Shown here piece by piece: positions 26,002 through 39,516 of a stretch of 64,000 bases of DNA; position 1 is the stretch's first letter; every line of letters starts with the position of its first letter. Both the position numbers and the translations under genes were made by a program. The notes under the pieces were generated by a model. That model was not told the DNA's origin, did no database searches, and saw only the letters and a program-made list of their open reading frames with translations. Origin of the DNA: the human T2T-CHM13v2.0 reference genome, Homo sapiens; NCBI RefSeq assembly GCF_009914755.1, contig NC_060940.1; one strand, written 5' to 3'.

Positions 26002-26279
<278 letters not shown>

Positions 26280-26524
26280 TAAATGAAGGGAAATAAAGTG
26301 GGCCTTACCCTATCTGCCTTAAAAAGCACTAACTGTCCTGGTGCTCAGTGAAACCCAACACAAAGTTTAGGAACAGGAAGAAGGACCTATTAGAATGTGA
26401 TATGGGATAAAAGTGGTATCACAGAGTAGTGTAAAAAATCAGGTTATTAACAAATAGTATTGAAGCAATTAGCTAAGTATTTGGGAAAATATAAAGTTAG
26501 GCCCTACTCTAAAAATAAGGTAGA

Positions 26525-26880
26525 TTGTACTTAGTTCTGAATTATGAGCTGCCTTTTCAATGAGATTACAATTCCATGCCTCATTGACATCAGGCTTAGC
26601 CATGTGACTTAATTTGGCCAATGAAATGTGAACAGAAGTGACAAATACCCCAGTATAGTAGAAGTTCTATATGCCATTGCACGCTCCCACTGTTGCTCTT
26701 TGTCTCTCTTCCAGGAGCTCAGAGTAGAGGCTTCCTCTTCGGTCTAGGTCACAGAATGAGGCACAACTGGAATAGCACCAAAGGTAACCTACAGCTAACA
26801 TGTAAAGTGAGTGAGAAGTAAATCGTTATTATTATAAGCCCCTGAAATTTGGGGATCACTTGTTACCATGCACAACCTAA
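26525..26880 (+). mobile_element. MLT1H/I/J-like LTR
   Basis: ccatgtgacttaatttggccaatgaaatgtgaacagaagtgac...ataagcccctgaaatttggg. Confidence 0.65.
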
Positions 26881-27739
26881 AAAAAGTGTTGAGTGATATA
26901 AAAATAGAAATTAGATAAAGTGTCAAAATGAAACTATGAAGTCTCTAGAAGAAAACACTGATGAATATTTATAAAATCTCATATCTAGTTAAAAATAACA
27001 TGAAAGAGCAACACTTAAATGAAACAGTTTAAAGATCTGGCTACATAAAAGGTTAAAATTTTCATTCTACAAATACTCAGTCAACCACAAACCAAACCAA
27101 AAAATTTATTTGCAGCATATGTGCTGCTGGATTCATATGTAAAAAATTCTTACAAGTGAAAAAAAAGATGAATGTCCTAAGGTGCTAAGGACATTAATAA
27201 AGACAAGTTTCAGAAAATATAAAAATAGCCACAAAAAACGTTAAAATGTGTTTAATTTGGCTAACCACCAAAGAAATTGAAATAAATATTGAGACTGCTG
27301 TTTTAACTATCTTATTAACAGAGATATAAAGTATGATCATACCCAATTTTGGCTAAGGGATAGAAAAGAGGAAGGAAGCACCCTCCTACACTGTCCTTGA
27401 GGTATAAATTGATATAAAATGTTTCAAAAAGCAACTGGGTAAAACATCGAAAGACTTAAAAAGTGGCTCAGGAAGGCTACTCCTGGAATTTATCCTTAAA
27501 CATAATTGGATAAGTGGGCAAAAAGTATTATACATCTTGGTGCCATTTATAAGGAAAAATCCAGAGAAGTCTTAAATGCTTCACTAAATTATTATACATT
27601 TACAGCTGTTAAGGATGATTATGTAAATGTGTATTTATTTGTAAGAAAAGGCATGCATGTTTTTCAAGATGGGAAAACAGTTGACCAATATTTTGTTGTA
27701 TACCATTATTTTTTCTAAGAATATATAGTATATATAACA

Positions 27740-28062
27740 TGTCATGAGCTACATAATGACATTTCAGCCAACAGCAGACTGCATGTATTATGGTAGTCCC
27801 ATAAGATTACTATGGAGCGTATATAGAAACCTGATATGTGGTACTTGATATTGGCACCGCAGATCAAGTAGGGGAAATGATTGATATTCAGTAATGGTGC
27901 TGAAACAGTTGTTTTTCCATGTGAAGAAATGTTGATAAATAAAACTCTACATATGCTATCTAGGTTTGCATAAATACTGTACACTGATAATTGCACATTG
28001 ATGAAATCATCTAATGACACATTTCTCAGAACATATCCCTGTTGTTAAGCGCTTCATGACTG
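27740..28062. mobile_element. Tigger3a (MER7)-like MITE
   Basis: gtcatgagctacataatgac...gttaagcgcttcatgactg, TA-rich flanks. Confidence 0.8.
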
Positions 28063-28616
28063 TATATATATCTAATGTGTATTTTAGTTGTGTGTGCGTA
28101 TTTTTATACATATATAATTTTTGATATTTAACATCTGTAGGAATAACTAGTCTTTGGCATTAATAATTTTTCGTTTTGTTCATATGCATTTTTGACAACT
28201 TCAGTATCATATTATTTATGTACTATGGCAATAATAAAATTTTAAGAGAGTATTCTAAAAGGCTGTGTTGTTTATCCCTACTAGGATCACAGATCCTGGA
28301 AAACATAGTGAAAGCTATTGGTTGGCTGGCCATGAAAGTGCACACGTGCAACTACACTGAATTTCATATAAATTTCCAGGAACTCCTCATTCCTCCCAAA
28401 TATGATCCATGGACATCTAGATGAAGGACGCTTGGCACAGAAGCAGTACACACTTGATGTTTGTCTACTCTGGATGTCATTAACCTTGGGTCCACTAAGT
28501 CCTAGTATCTATAATAAACAAAACCTGGGATTATTTAACTTAGTGTTTTAGTAAGCTGACAAAACACATTCTGGGAATGAATGAACGACTCCAAGGTCAG
28601 TAATGAGAATGCATCC

Positions 28617-28622
28617 TTTATT
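28617..28622 (-). terminator. Polyadenylation signal AATAAA with GU-rich downstream element
   Basis: tttatt on plus; GU-rich tract at ~28559-28569. Confidence 0.55.
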
Positions 28623-28643
28623 CTCCATTATTAGCAACATCTC

Positions 28644-28900
28644 TGACCTTGTCTCCTGCAGGCACACTCCGGCCCACGTGCTTCTCCTGGCTCCCAAACC
28701 ACTGCACTGACCTGCCTTTATGAACACTGTGTTCATAAAGTTGATGTTCACTGAAACTTCCTTAATTCCCTGAGTGTGCTGCCCCTTGTAGTTGCCACCT
28801 ATGAGATAGGTAGGTACTATCATTATTTCCATTTTACAGATGAGGGAAGTGGGGGTTAGACAGGGTAACAAATTTTCCCAACATCACACAGCTAGCAGTA
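28644..28900. repeat. Dispersed direct repeat, copy 1 (ends in a MIR piece)
   Basis: Aligns to 30715-30962. Confidence 0.9.
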
Positions 28901-30249
28901 TATACTGGAAAATACATACAGTGTTTCGGAGCTGATGGCCTGTCCTTCCACAGGAATGATGCAGTCCTTATCCAGGAAAGCCAAGAGAAAGGAAGAGATG
29001 CATTCTGCCCTGGTCTTCTCTGTCTTCTTCCCACTTTTGAGGCTCCATTTGTCCCATGCTGGGATCTCTGCTTCTTTATCCAGAGATTTGCAGATTTTAT
29101 GTAACACTGAATTGTCTCCAAATACTTCAAGCTCACTTTAAAAACATCTTTATGGAGACTTCGCTTCCTTTCTGCAAATTTCTAGTTGCCTGTTTTACAT
29201 GTCAGGAATGGCTGAGTGATGCTCTGGCTCTCTCACCTGAATTTTGTCTTGCATCTCTGTTCACTTTGCCTGTTTCATTGTCTTGCCATCTCATTCTTTC
29301 TAATGGAGAAGTAAAGGAGGGACTCTGTTCCTCCCCGTACCAGGAGGGTATTGATGTTTGAGGTCCAAACTGAAAACCCATCACCTCCTTCCCACTGCTA
29401 TAGCAGCGTTAGCCCTGGGGTTCATTATCTAGCCAGTTCACACCTTCTAAAGTGGGGCTCTGAAAATGTCTTACTTCCCTCACAGACAAAGCAATTCTCA
29501 AGCCTCCTGAGATCACCCACCAACCAGAGCAACTGCTGTCACTTGGAGGTGCAGCTGAATTCTTCTAATTGTGACACAAACTCTTGAAACTGTAAATGCT
29601 GAAAGATTAAATGAGGTTATAACACTCAGAAGGTTTTACAAGTAAAAGTAAGTCAAATCAATAGGTCTTTATTTCATATCTGTAATGGTTTAGCTCTGCG
29701 GGAAGTGTTAGCAGCTATATGAATTAGGAAGAATTTAGAAGACAATCCCTAAACACATGAAATGTCCAAGTAAGAAGATAACATATTTATCCAAATATTT
29801 AAAGTGAAATGCTCCAGATATGGGAAGCTTACAGTTTTCAAGCAAAGCTTTTTAGAAAAAATTATGGAACTATTTTAAAGAGAGCTAAACATTTCTTTGC
29901 CTTAGGCAGAATATACAGAACACAGATTCACCTTTTCTGTACATCTCTAGATGATCACGAATGTCAAATATCACACTACACTGTGATATGGGGATTCCCC
30001 TTGGGGGTTTTCATGTGTATAGGGTGCCTGCAGCTACACTAAACATCTTAAAGCTACCACAATGTTCACTTCATATTTTTGCTTTTTATAGGCTTTCTTG
30101 GTCTCCTCCTATGTTCCCATCATTTTCTTGCTTTGAATCTGTAAGAATCGAGTTGAATCTTCTCCATTTTAAATTTTCCATAGGCTGAGAAACTGTTTAG
30201 CCAAGTTTGGATAAAATTGTATCCAAAGTAAGAGTATACAAGCTATGGG

Positions 30250-30585
30250 CAAGTCCAAAATCAAGCTGTTCACAGGACCATGTTCTCTCTAAAGGTTCTA
30301 GGAGAGAATCCCTCATTTCCTTCCAGCTTCTGGGTGGCTGCTGGCATTCCTGGGCCGGTGGCTGCATCCCTCCAATCTCTGCCTCCATCTTCACATGACC
30401 TTCTTCCTTGTGTTTCTATGGGTTCTTTCCTGTTTTTTATGAAGACATTTTCATTGGATTTAGATCCCATCCTAATCCAGTATGATCTCATCTTCAGTTT
30501 TACCTAACTTATATCCGCAAAGGCACTATTTCCAGATGAAATTACGTGCTGAAGTTCTAGATGGATATAACCTTGGGGGCCATGA
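30250..30585 (-). mobile_element. MLT1B/C LTR fragment
   Basis: aagtccaaaatcaag...ggagagaatcc...ctaatccagtatgatctcatc. Confidence 0.8.
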
Positions 30586-30714
30586 AGAACTCTTCCACTT
30601 ACTGCAGAGATCCATCACCCTAAATAGTTAAGAACAAGAGAAATGTAGAATAAAATCTCAAGCTCCCAGGATGACGTTCCGGGGTCTTCCTATTCCACCC
30701 TCAACCCTTATTTT

Positions 30715-30962
30715 TGACCTCCTGTCCTGCAGCCACACTCCGGCCCACACGCTGTTCCTGGCTCCCAAACCGCTGCACTGGGCTGCCTCAACACTGTCTT
30801 TATAAAGTTGACATTCACTGAAACTTCCTTCATTCCTTGAGTGTGCTGCCCCACGTAGTTGCCACATATGAGACAGGTACCATCATTACTTCCATTTTAC
30901 ACATGAGGGAGGTGAGGGTTACAGAACATAAAGAATTTCCCAATATCACACAGCTAGCAATA
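30715..30962. repeat. Dispersed direct repeat, copy 2
   Basis: Aligns to 28644-28900. Confidence 0.9.
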
Positions 30963-31254
30963 AGTGGAACTTGAGTTCAAAAACAGATTTGGCTGGGTTC
31001 AGAGCTTGTGCTCTTGACTATGAAGAATAACCTTAGCATGTTCCTATAACAGAAAAGACAGTGGAGTTCCCGAAGCAAGACAAAAAGTGGTAGGAGACAG
31101 AAAGCTAAGAAGACCAGCACCTGATTAGGTGGGGCCTCATATGCATGGAAAGGTGAAAAGGAATTCTGAGTGTGGTGGGAATCCACCAAGGACAATGAGG
31201 ATGATGAGAGCTTAGAAAGGGCTATTACATTTGCTTGTTGTAAAGAGAAGTTTC

Positions 31255-31426
31255 ACTTAGTCATTCATTCATTCAATTATTCACTTATTACATGAATATT
31301 TCTTGAGAACCTAGTGTGTGCAGGGTACAGTTGTACATGGGAAGGATACGATGGTGAGCATATCGGATGCAATCCTGGTCATTCTTGAGCTTATATTCTA
31401 GTAGAGGGAGAAAGATAATAAGCAAG
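31255..31426 (-). mobile_element. L2 3' end
   Basis: (TTCA)n tail followed by an L2 terminal motif. Confidence 0.7.
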
Positions 31427-31826
31427 TGATACAGTTTGGGTATTTGTCCTTGCAAATCTCACGTTGAAATCTGATCCTCAGTATTGGAGGTGAGGCCTAG
31501 TGGAGGTTTTTGGACCATGGGGGCAGATCATGCATGAATGTCTTGGTGCCATACCTATGAGTGAGTTCTTACTCTATTAGTTCAGGCAAGATCTGGGTAC
31601 TAAGAAAAAGCCTAGCACCTCCTCCTCTCTGTTCTTTCCTGTCGCCATGTGATGCAGCTCTCCTTCACCTTCCGCCATAACTGGAAGCTCCCTGAGGCCC
31701 TCACCAGAAGCAAATGCTGGCCATGCTTCACGTACAGCCTGCAGAACCATGAGCCAAATAAACTTCTTTTCTTTATAAATTACCCAACCTCAGGTGTTCC
31801 TTTATAGCAACACAACAGACTAAGAC
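31427..31826 (+). mobile_element. MST (MSTA/B) LTR
   Basis: tgatacagtttgg...cagcctgcagaaccatgagccaaataaac...gactaagaca. Confidence 0.85.
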
Positions 31827-31835
31827 ACTAAGTAA

Positions 31836-32175
<340 letters not shown>

Positions 32176-34464
32176 GATGATATGCACTATTTTAAGAAAA
32201 AAAAAACCTACTATAGAATGGCGGGGAAGAGGGGGAGCAAAACTCCAAACTGTCCAAAGAAGAAACATTTGAACTAAGATGGAGGCAATGAAGAGGAACC
32301 AGCTGAGTGATGGTCTAGGGGCAAGATCTAGGGGAAAGTCAAGAGAAAGAGACTGAAGAGAAAGGGTTAGGGCTGATTTAGTGAGCAAAGATCCAGGAGG
32401 GGGAGAAGTTTACAGTACCCTGAGAACAGCAATAATGCACAAACATTACTATTCCAACAGCTGCATTGAAACACCCTTGGTAGGATTGGGAAAAAGATGG
32501 ATTATTGCCATTTGGACACTCCAGGACTGTCCATTAATACTCCTGACTAATGGAAGATGATAAAGATTGGGCAAGAAAAATGACTGCAGCAAACGCCTTG
32601 GCATCTTCAACTTGTCACCTTTAGCAAGAGGCCTCTTCAACAGTTCTTGGACTGTGTTTGGCAGCCAGGCACTCTCAGAACGGCAAGGAGACACAGCTAA
32701 CATGATCTTTGCAATGCAACAAAACAAGCGATCTTGAGGCGACAGAGTCCAAAAGATGACAGAAAATTCATCCAACTCCTGAAGCATGTGATGCCACCAG
32801 AAAGCCTTGGCAACAGCCCTTGCAACCCCAGGCTACACCACCTCAGTCAAAGCCAAGTCCTAACATATCTCCCTTCTTCTCCTGCAGCCAAGCTGGGCAA
32901 GAAGAGATTAGACTCCAGCCCCTTGCAAAAGCTTCAAGCTGCATGTGTCACCAAAAGACCTTGAGAAAGTCACAGGAAAGTGTCTAAAATCTACATAGAA
33001 AACATTTGCCCAAGGAGACTTGTGTGACAAGGCAGGGCCCACTTTGCAGAGCTGGCAGATGTCACCATTGCTTGAGAGTTCTTCTCCTTGACTTAGTTCT
33101 GTAAACCAGATGCCCCCCAACACGCTCTAGTTTGATGACGGCATATTTTCTTTTATTCTCCAAATAAAATGTGTCGAGCTCCCATCTCATGTACTAGGAG
33201 AGGTCCTGTGACCTTTCCAGTGCCTCAGAGAGTGAGAATGGGAAAGAGGAGTGGATGAAGTAGGGCTTACCCTCCTGTGGGTCACCTCTCTTCCCTGCTG
33301 CTTCTGAACCCCACTCAGCCTCCTTCCCTCTTCCCCAGCAACTATCCCAAAGCTGTTACATCGTGTGGCAAACGTTTACTGAGGCTTTTAGGGATAATAT
33401 AAGTGGTTTCTTTACAACCATTCCTTCACAGCCAGAACGCACGTAATTTAAAACTGTGTCATTTTCACACACGTCCCATAATGTCTCCTTCATGGGGAGC
33501 TTCTCATGGCCTTGGTCTCTCCCCAGAGGCTGCCTATGGCCATATTTCTGGGATCCAATTCTCACACACTGGGCCCCTCATTCTTGGGCTTCCCACATTC
33601 AGTTTCCTCATTCTTGGGCTGCCCACAAACAGTCAAAATCCTTATTTTCTAAGCTGAAGCAGTTGAGCTCTCTCACTTACCCTTACAAATCTAGGTTTTG
33701 CCTAGAAGTAGTCAAAAAAGCAAGACAGAGACATCTTCATCAACCACAAAGTCTCATCAAAGTATTTTACTCCATCAAAGAGCCATTCACTTCTGATAGC
33801 CATGCTCTTCCTCTCTTAAAAGGCAGATTCTCTTTGTTTTTTTTTTTTTAACTAAATACAACGTTTTCTTCCTACCACACTGCCTCATGATCCTATTAAA
33901 AGATATCAAGATGAGGACCAGCCATGAATTCACTTCCCTCCGCAGTCCACTAACATGTTGCTTTAGTGAAAATAAACAAAACAAAAATTTAGAAATTAAA
34001 CTAGGGCATTTGGATTCTTAGAAGGGATAAAACTGCATGGTAGTAGCATACGGTGATGTCCTAGATTCAATTCTATGACTATTCAGTGGCTGGAGTGGAT
34101 CCTCATGGCCTACACAAATTCTTTAAGATCCCTGGGCTAGTTAGCACCCATGCAGTGGTCAGCTACATTCCCAAAGCACTGCCCATCTCCCACCATTGTT
34201 ACAAGCCCCAACTCCATGCCTAGAAATTAGGCAAGTCCAGTACCCCACCATACAAGCCAAGGAAGCTTCAGGTATTACAACCTGGATCATAGCCACGGTC
34301 TTGGCTTCTCTCACTTTTCCCCTGGTTTTGGTCCTCACTTCCAGTTCTCCAAAATCTACCTGTGTCCTGACTCTGGCTGTGATTCTACTCTAAGTGCCAT
34401 ACACATCCCTTTCACCACTGACAGATTTTGCTTCCCTGGTTGTGACATTCAGCATTCTCTACTG

Positions 34465-34648
34465 CAGGGCTTCTCAACCTTGGCACTATTGGCATTTGGG
34501 TCTGGGTAATGCTTTGCTGTGGCAACTGTCCTGTGCATTGTAAGATGTTAAGCAGCATCCCTGACCTCTGTCTACTAGATGCCAGTAACACCCCATCATT
34601 GTCAAATGTCTCCTGGGGCACAATGTGGCACCTGGTTGATAAACACTG
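34465..34648. mobile_element. MER20
   Basis: cagggcttctcaaccttggcactattggcattt...ggttgataaacactg. Confidence 0.85.
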
Positions 34649-35486
34649 ATCTACTCAACTTGCACTTGTCATTTTGCGGCTATGAAAACCACCTCTCAAC
34701 AGTAAAGGTCTCCAAAGGAAACCAGTGTGGATGAGGTGTTCGCTTCATCTGAGCTCTCCTGTGAACCTGGTAAAGTTCTAACTGTCCAAGAAGTGCTCCA
34801 TCAAGACTTGCCTGAAGAATTCTAAGCAGTTCAAATCTAAAAATTGACCTCGTCTGGCTGGCCAAAGCCAAAACATATGATTGAACATTCATCTATCCAA
34901 TTTTTAATATGCGAGCAAGACTTGGTGATTGAATTAACTTTTTCTTCTTTTACTCATATTTGGGGGCTTATACTCAACCCAACCACTGGGAAGCCAGTAG
35001 TACCCAGAGGACACAGTTGAAATGAGGCACAATTAGGAAAAACTAGGCTGTTTAATATCCATATTGAGTAGCTTTGCAAGTTACTTTCACAAACTTCCCT
35101 ACAGAAATGGTTCTAACAGAACTGTTCAAGGCCAAGGATTTGTTTTTTCTGGGTCTGGGGGAGTCATCTTTATAATTTTAATATTCCATTAGAATGCCTT
35201 GACGCTAGAAGGAGGGTCCATCTCAATCACATCAATAAATTGATCCCAACCTTTATAAAAATAAGCTTGGATAGAAAGGAAAATCCGAAGACTAAGGTAG
35301 TCTGGTAGAATACTAGAAGGAGACATCTTTTAAGAGGAGGACAAGAAAAGGCATGAAAACAGAGAACATGGTCCTACACAAGGCAACTGGCTTCAGTGCT
35401 ACCCTACAATTCTTATTTCCACTCAACGTCTGTTCTAAGGTGGCCACATTTACAAATGTTTACAACCCCACAGTGAGAAAACAAGG

Positions 35487-35827
35487 TGTATTAGTCCGTT
35501 TCATGCTGCTGATAAAGACATACCTGAGACTGGGAAGAAAACGAGGTTTAACTGGACTTACAGTTCCACATAGCTGGGGAGGCCTCAGAATCATGGCGGG
35601 AGGCGAAAATGGCAGCAGCAAGAGAAAATGAGGAAGAAGCAAAAGCGGAAACCCCTGATAAACCCATCAGATCTTGTGAGGCTTATTAATTATAAGGAGA
35701 ATAGTAGGGGAAAGACCAGCCCCCATGATTCAATTACCTCCCCCTGAGTCCCTCCTACAACACGTGGGAATTCTGGAAGATGCAATTCAAGTTGAGAGTT
35801 GGATGGGGACACAGCCAAACCATATCA
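35487..35827 (-). mobile_element. THE1 solo LTR
   Basis: TG...CA ends with 5-bp TSD caagg. Confidence 0.9.
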
Positions 35828-36189
35828 CAAGGGAAAGAAGACAAGAAGCTATCCTGTCTCCAACAACCAATATGTTGTGTTTACATAGCTTTGAGTTTTT
35901 CAGATGCCCCAAGATTCTAGAAGGAAGAGAGCTCAGAAAGGAATTACAAGGGGTTTGTAGAGGAAACCTCTGGTTGGTGTTATAAAAATTATTTTGTCTC
36001 CACAAATTAGAAAACTGCAAGGTTCTCATGCCCATACCTTCTTGAAATTCAAATGCACTTTTCATTCCTGAGGTGGAGAATTTGGGGTTTCTTGAGGAAA
36101 ATTATTTTTTAATGAAAGCATGAGAAATTAACAGTTTTCAAACAAATTTATTACATATCTAAAGTTCCTTCCAACTCCCACCCCAGTTT

Positions 36190-36392
36190 TTTCATATAAT
36201 TTCTGCTTTTATTTTAGATTCGGGGGTACACGTGCGGGTTTGTTATGTGAGTATGTTGCATGATGCTGACGTTTGGGTTAAGAAACATCCTGTCACCGGG
36301 GTAGTGAGCAGAGTACACAACAGTTCATTTTTCAACCCTTGCCCCCTCCTTCTTTCTCCCTCTAGGAGTCCTCAGTGTCTATTGTTATCATT
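36190..36392 (-). mobile_element. L1PA (older subfamily) 3' end
   Basis: ttcgggggtacacgtgcgggtttgttat. Confidence 0.75.
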
Positions 36393-36436
36393 GAAGATGG
36401 AGTATTTGTAAAGAATATGGAGTTTAGTTAGGAACT

Positions 36437-36830
<394 letters not shown>

Positions 36831-37814
36831 AAAACTCAGAACACCACATTGACTCAAGACGCATGAGAAATGGCATGCTAGTCACCATTAAGCCTTTCAG
36901 AACAAGGGGAAAGGTCAGCAGGAGGATTGCTCAGCTAGTTCCAGGGCACAAATGCTGCCTTGGGAAGAAATATCTTGTTCTTTCAAAAAAAATGTATCAG
37001 CTTTGAAGATTTTCCTGTTTTGAAATCCTATCAGTTCTAAAAATCAAGATATTTCCTCTAGCTTATTTATGTTAGAAGAACATTCCCGATTGATATTTCT
37101 TTTACAAAGGCATTGAGCATCCTGGGACAGGGAGTTACTCCAAGCCGGCTGTTTGGGCACATGCTTTGCTATTTGCCTTTTTATTTCAGATCCTTGAAAA
37201 GAAACTTTGACTCCTTGTTCTGATTGCTGGGCTACACATTTAAGCTACCAATGGCAATGTAAATGACTGCTTATATTTTCAAAGATCCTGATTATTTCTT
37301 GTGCAATTATTAGTTATTATTTGAGATTAAATAAAATTAAGGTTTGTTTTTTCCTTTGCAGTGCTCTTTGTGCATCACACTTAAATTAGCATGCTCTAAT
37401 TCAAATACATCATAAATTTTTATGGAGAGATTGGTTCACAGAGAGGTTTAAGAGTGTGTCTTCATTTTAAAGGGAAATGCTTACTTTAAAGTTTTATAGA
37501 CATTGAGCTTCCTGCCTCTTTGGTAAGAAAATAACGCATTGTGAAATGAGTTTTTAAAACAAGCAACTGATTCTTCAACTGTTTTTTTTTTTTTTTTCAG
37601 CCTTATCTTTCCTGGTTATTTACGAGCCTGCAGTCATTCCAAGACACCATTGTAAATAACTTGTAAAATCTGGTGACATTTTTCAGGGTCAAATGCGTAA
37701 ATGTAAATGAAACACGTTCTTGCCTCCGGCAGCCAATCTCCCATTCCTTACTGGAATAGAACCCAGGTGGCACATACCTATGATCATCAGGAACTCACCA
37801 TTTTGTTGATTTAA

Positions 37815-37960
37815 TCTTCCATTCAACTAATATTTATTGATGTCCTGTTACGTACTAGGTACGGAAGATACGGCAGTGAGCAAAACCAATCATGTTCCTT
37901 GTCCTCATGGGGCTTACAGTGGGGGGAGAAAATTATAAGCAAAAAGAAAATACAAAGAAA
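37815..37960 (-). mobile_element. L2 3' end
   Basis: tatttattga...cttgtcctcatggggcttacagt. Confidence 0.7.
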
Positions 37961-38397
37961 TACAACACAGAAAGCACAGGCATGAGGAAGGAGGGCACGG
38001 TTCTGGGAAGGCTTCTTGGCCGAAGCAACCAGACAGCAAAACAGGCTTGGCCAGGACAGACATGGGCCTGTTATCCAGCTGGCTAACGGTGGAGCTACAA
38101 GTGCCTTCGCCTCCAGAATCATGGAGGTGGGTAATGAGCCATTTACCCTCCAGTGAAGCCCATCCTAAAATTAAGTGCTCTCTAACTAAACAAAGAGTTG
38201 TTTACTTTTTTCTATAAAGAAAACAGAGGCTCCACCTGTTACTCACTCTCCTACCCTCTCTCCTGTATTCTTTCAAATCACTAGTTAACCACTTTACTCA
38301 GCACACAATGACTTAGAACCGCAGTAGAATCTTATTCTCCAATGAGATTGGGGTAGAGTAACAGCTGATCACTTAAAATATTTTTAAATTAATAATC

Positions 38398-38688
38398 TTT
38401 TTTTTTGAGACGGAGTCTCATTGTCGCCCTGGCTGGAGTGCAGTGGTACAATCTCCCAGATCACTGCGACCTCCACCTCCCAAGTTTGAATGATTCTCCT
38501 GCCTCAGTCTCCTGAGTAGCTGGGATTCCAGGCATGCACCACCACGCCCAGCTAATTTTTGTATTTTTAGTAGAGACAGGGTTTCACCACGTTGCCCAGG
38601 TTGGTCTTGAACTCCTGACTTCAAGTGATCCTCCTGCCTCAGCCTCCCATAGTGTTGGGAATACAAGCATGAGCCACTGTGCCTGGCC
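38398..38688 (-). mobile_element. AluS
   Basis: Reverse Alu. Confidence 0.95.
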
Positions 38689-38699
38689 TAAATTCATAA

Positions 38700-39142
38700 T
38701 ATTTTAAAATGGCAACTCATAATTGTATATATTTATGGGGTACACTATGAAGTTTTGATACATTTATTCAATATGAAGTGATTAGAGCAAGATAATTAAT
38801 ATATCCATCACCTCAATTAATTATCATGTTTGTGGTAAGACATTTAAATTTACTCTCTCGGCAATTTTGAAATATACAAATCATTTTTATTAACTATAGT
38901 CATTAGGTCATGCAATAAATCTCAAAAGCATATTGGTCTTGTATGACTGAAACTTTGTACACTTGCACCAATATCTCTTCATTTCTTCTTCTCCTTCCCC
39001 CAGCCAGTCTCCAGTACCACCCTTCTACTCTCTACTTCTATGAATTTGATTTTTCAAAATTCTACCTATAAGTGAGATGATGTGATATTTGTGTTTCCGA
39101 GCCTGACTTATTTCATTCAGCATGATGTCCACCAGGTTCAGG
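38700..39142 (-). mobile_element. L1MA 3' end
   Basis: ataattgtatatatttatggggtaca...gacttatttcattcagcat. Confidence 0.8.
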
Positions 39143-39182
39143 TGCCACATTAAAACAATACATGTATGAAAAATATCATTTT

Positions 39183-39516
<334 letters not shown>

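Noticed and set aside
33573-33627. ~30-bp tandem duplicate (cctcattcttgggct)
   Set aside because: Only two units; simple slippage, not a CRISPR-like array
33681-33892. Possible minus-strand exon (donor AGG|GTAAGT)
   Set aside because: Acceptor is weak and ambiguous; no other support
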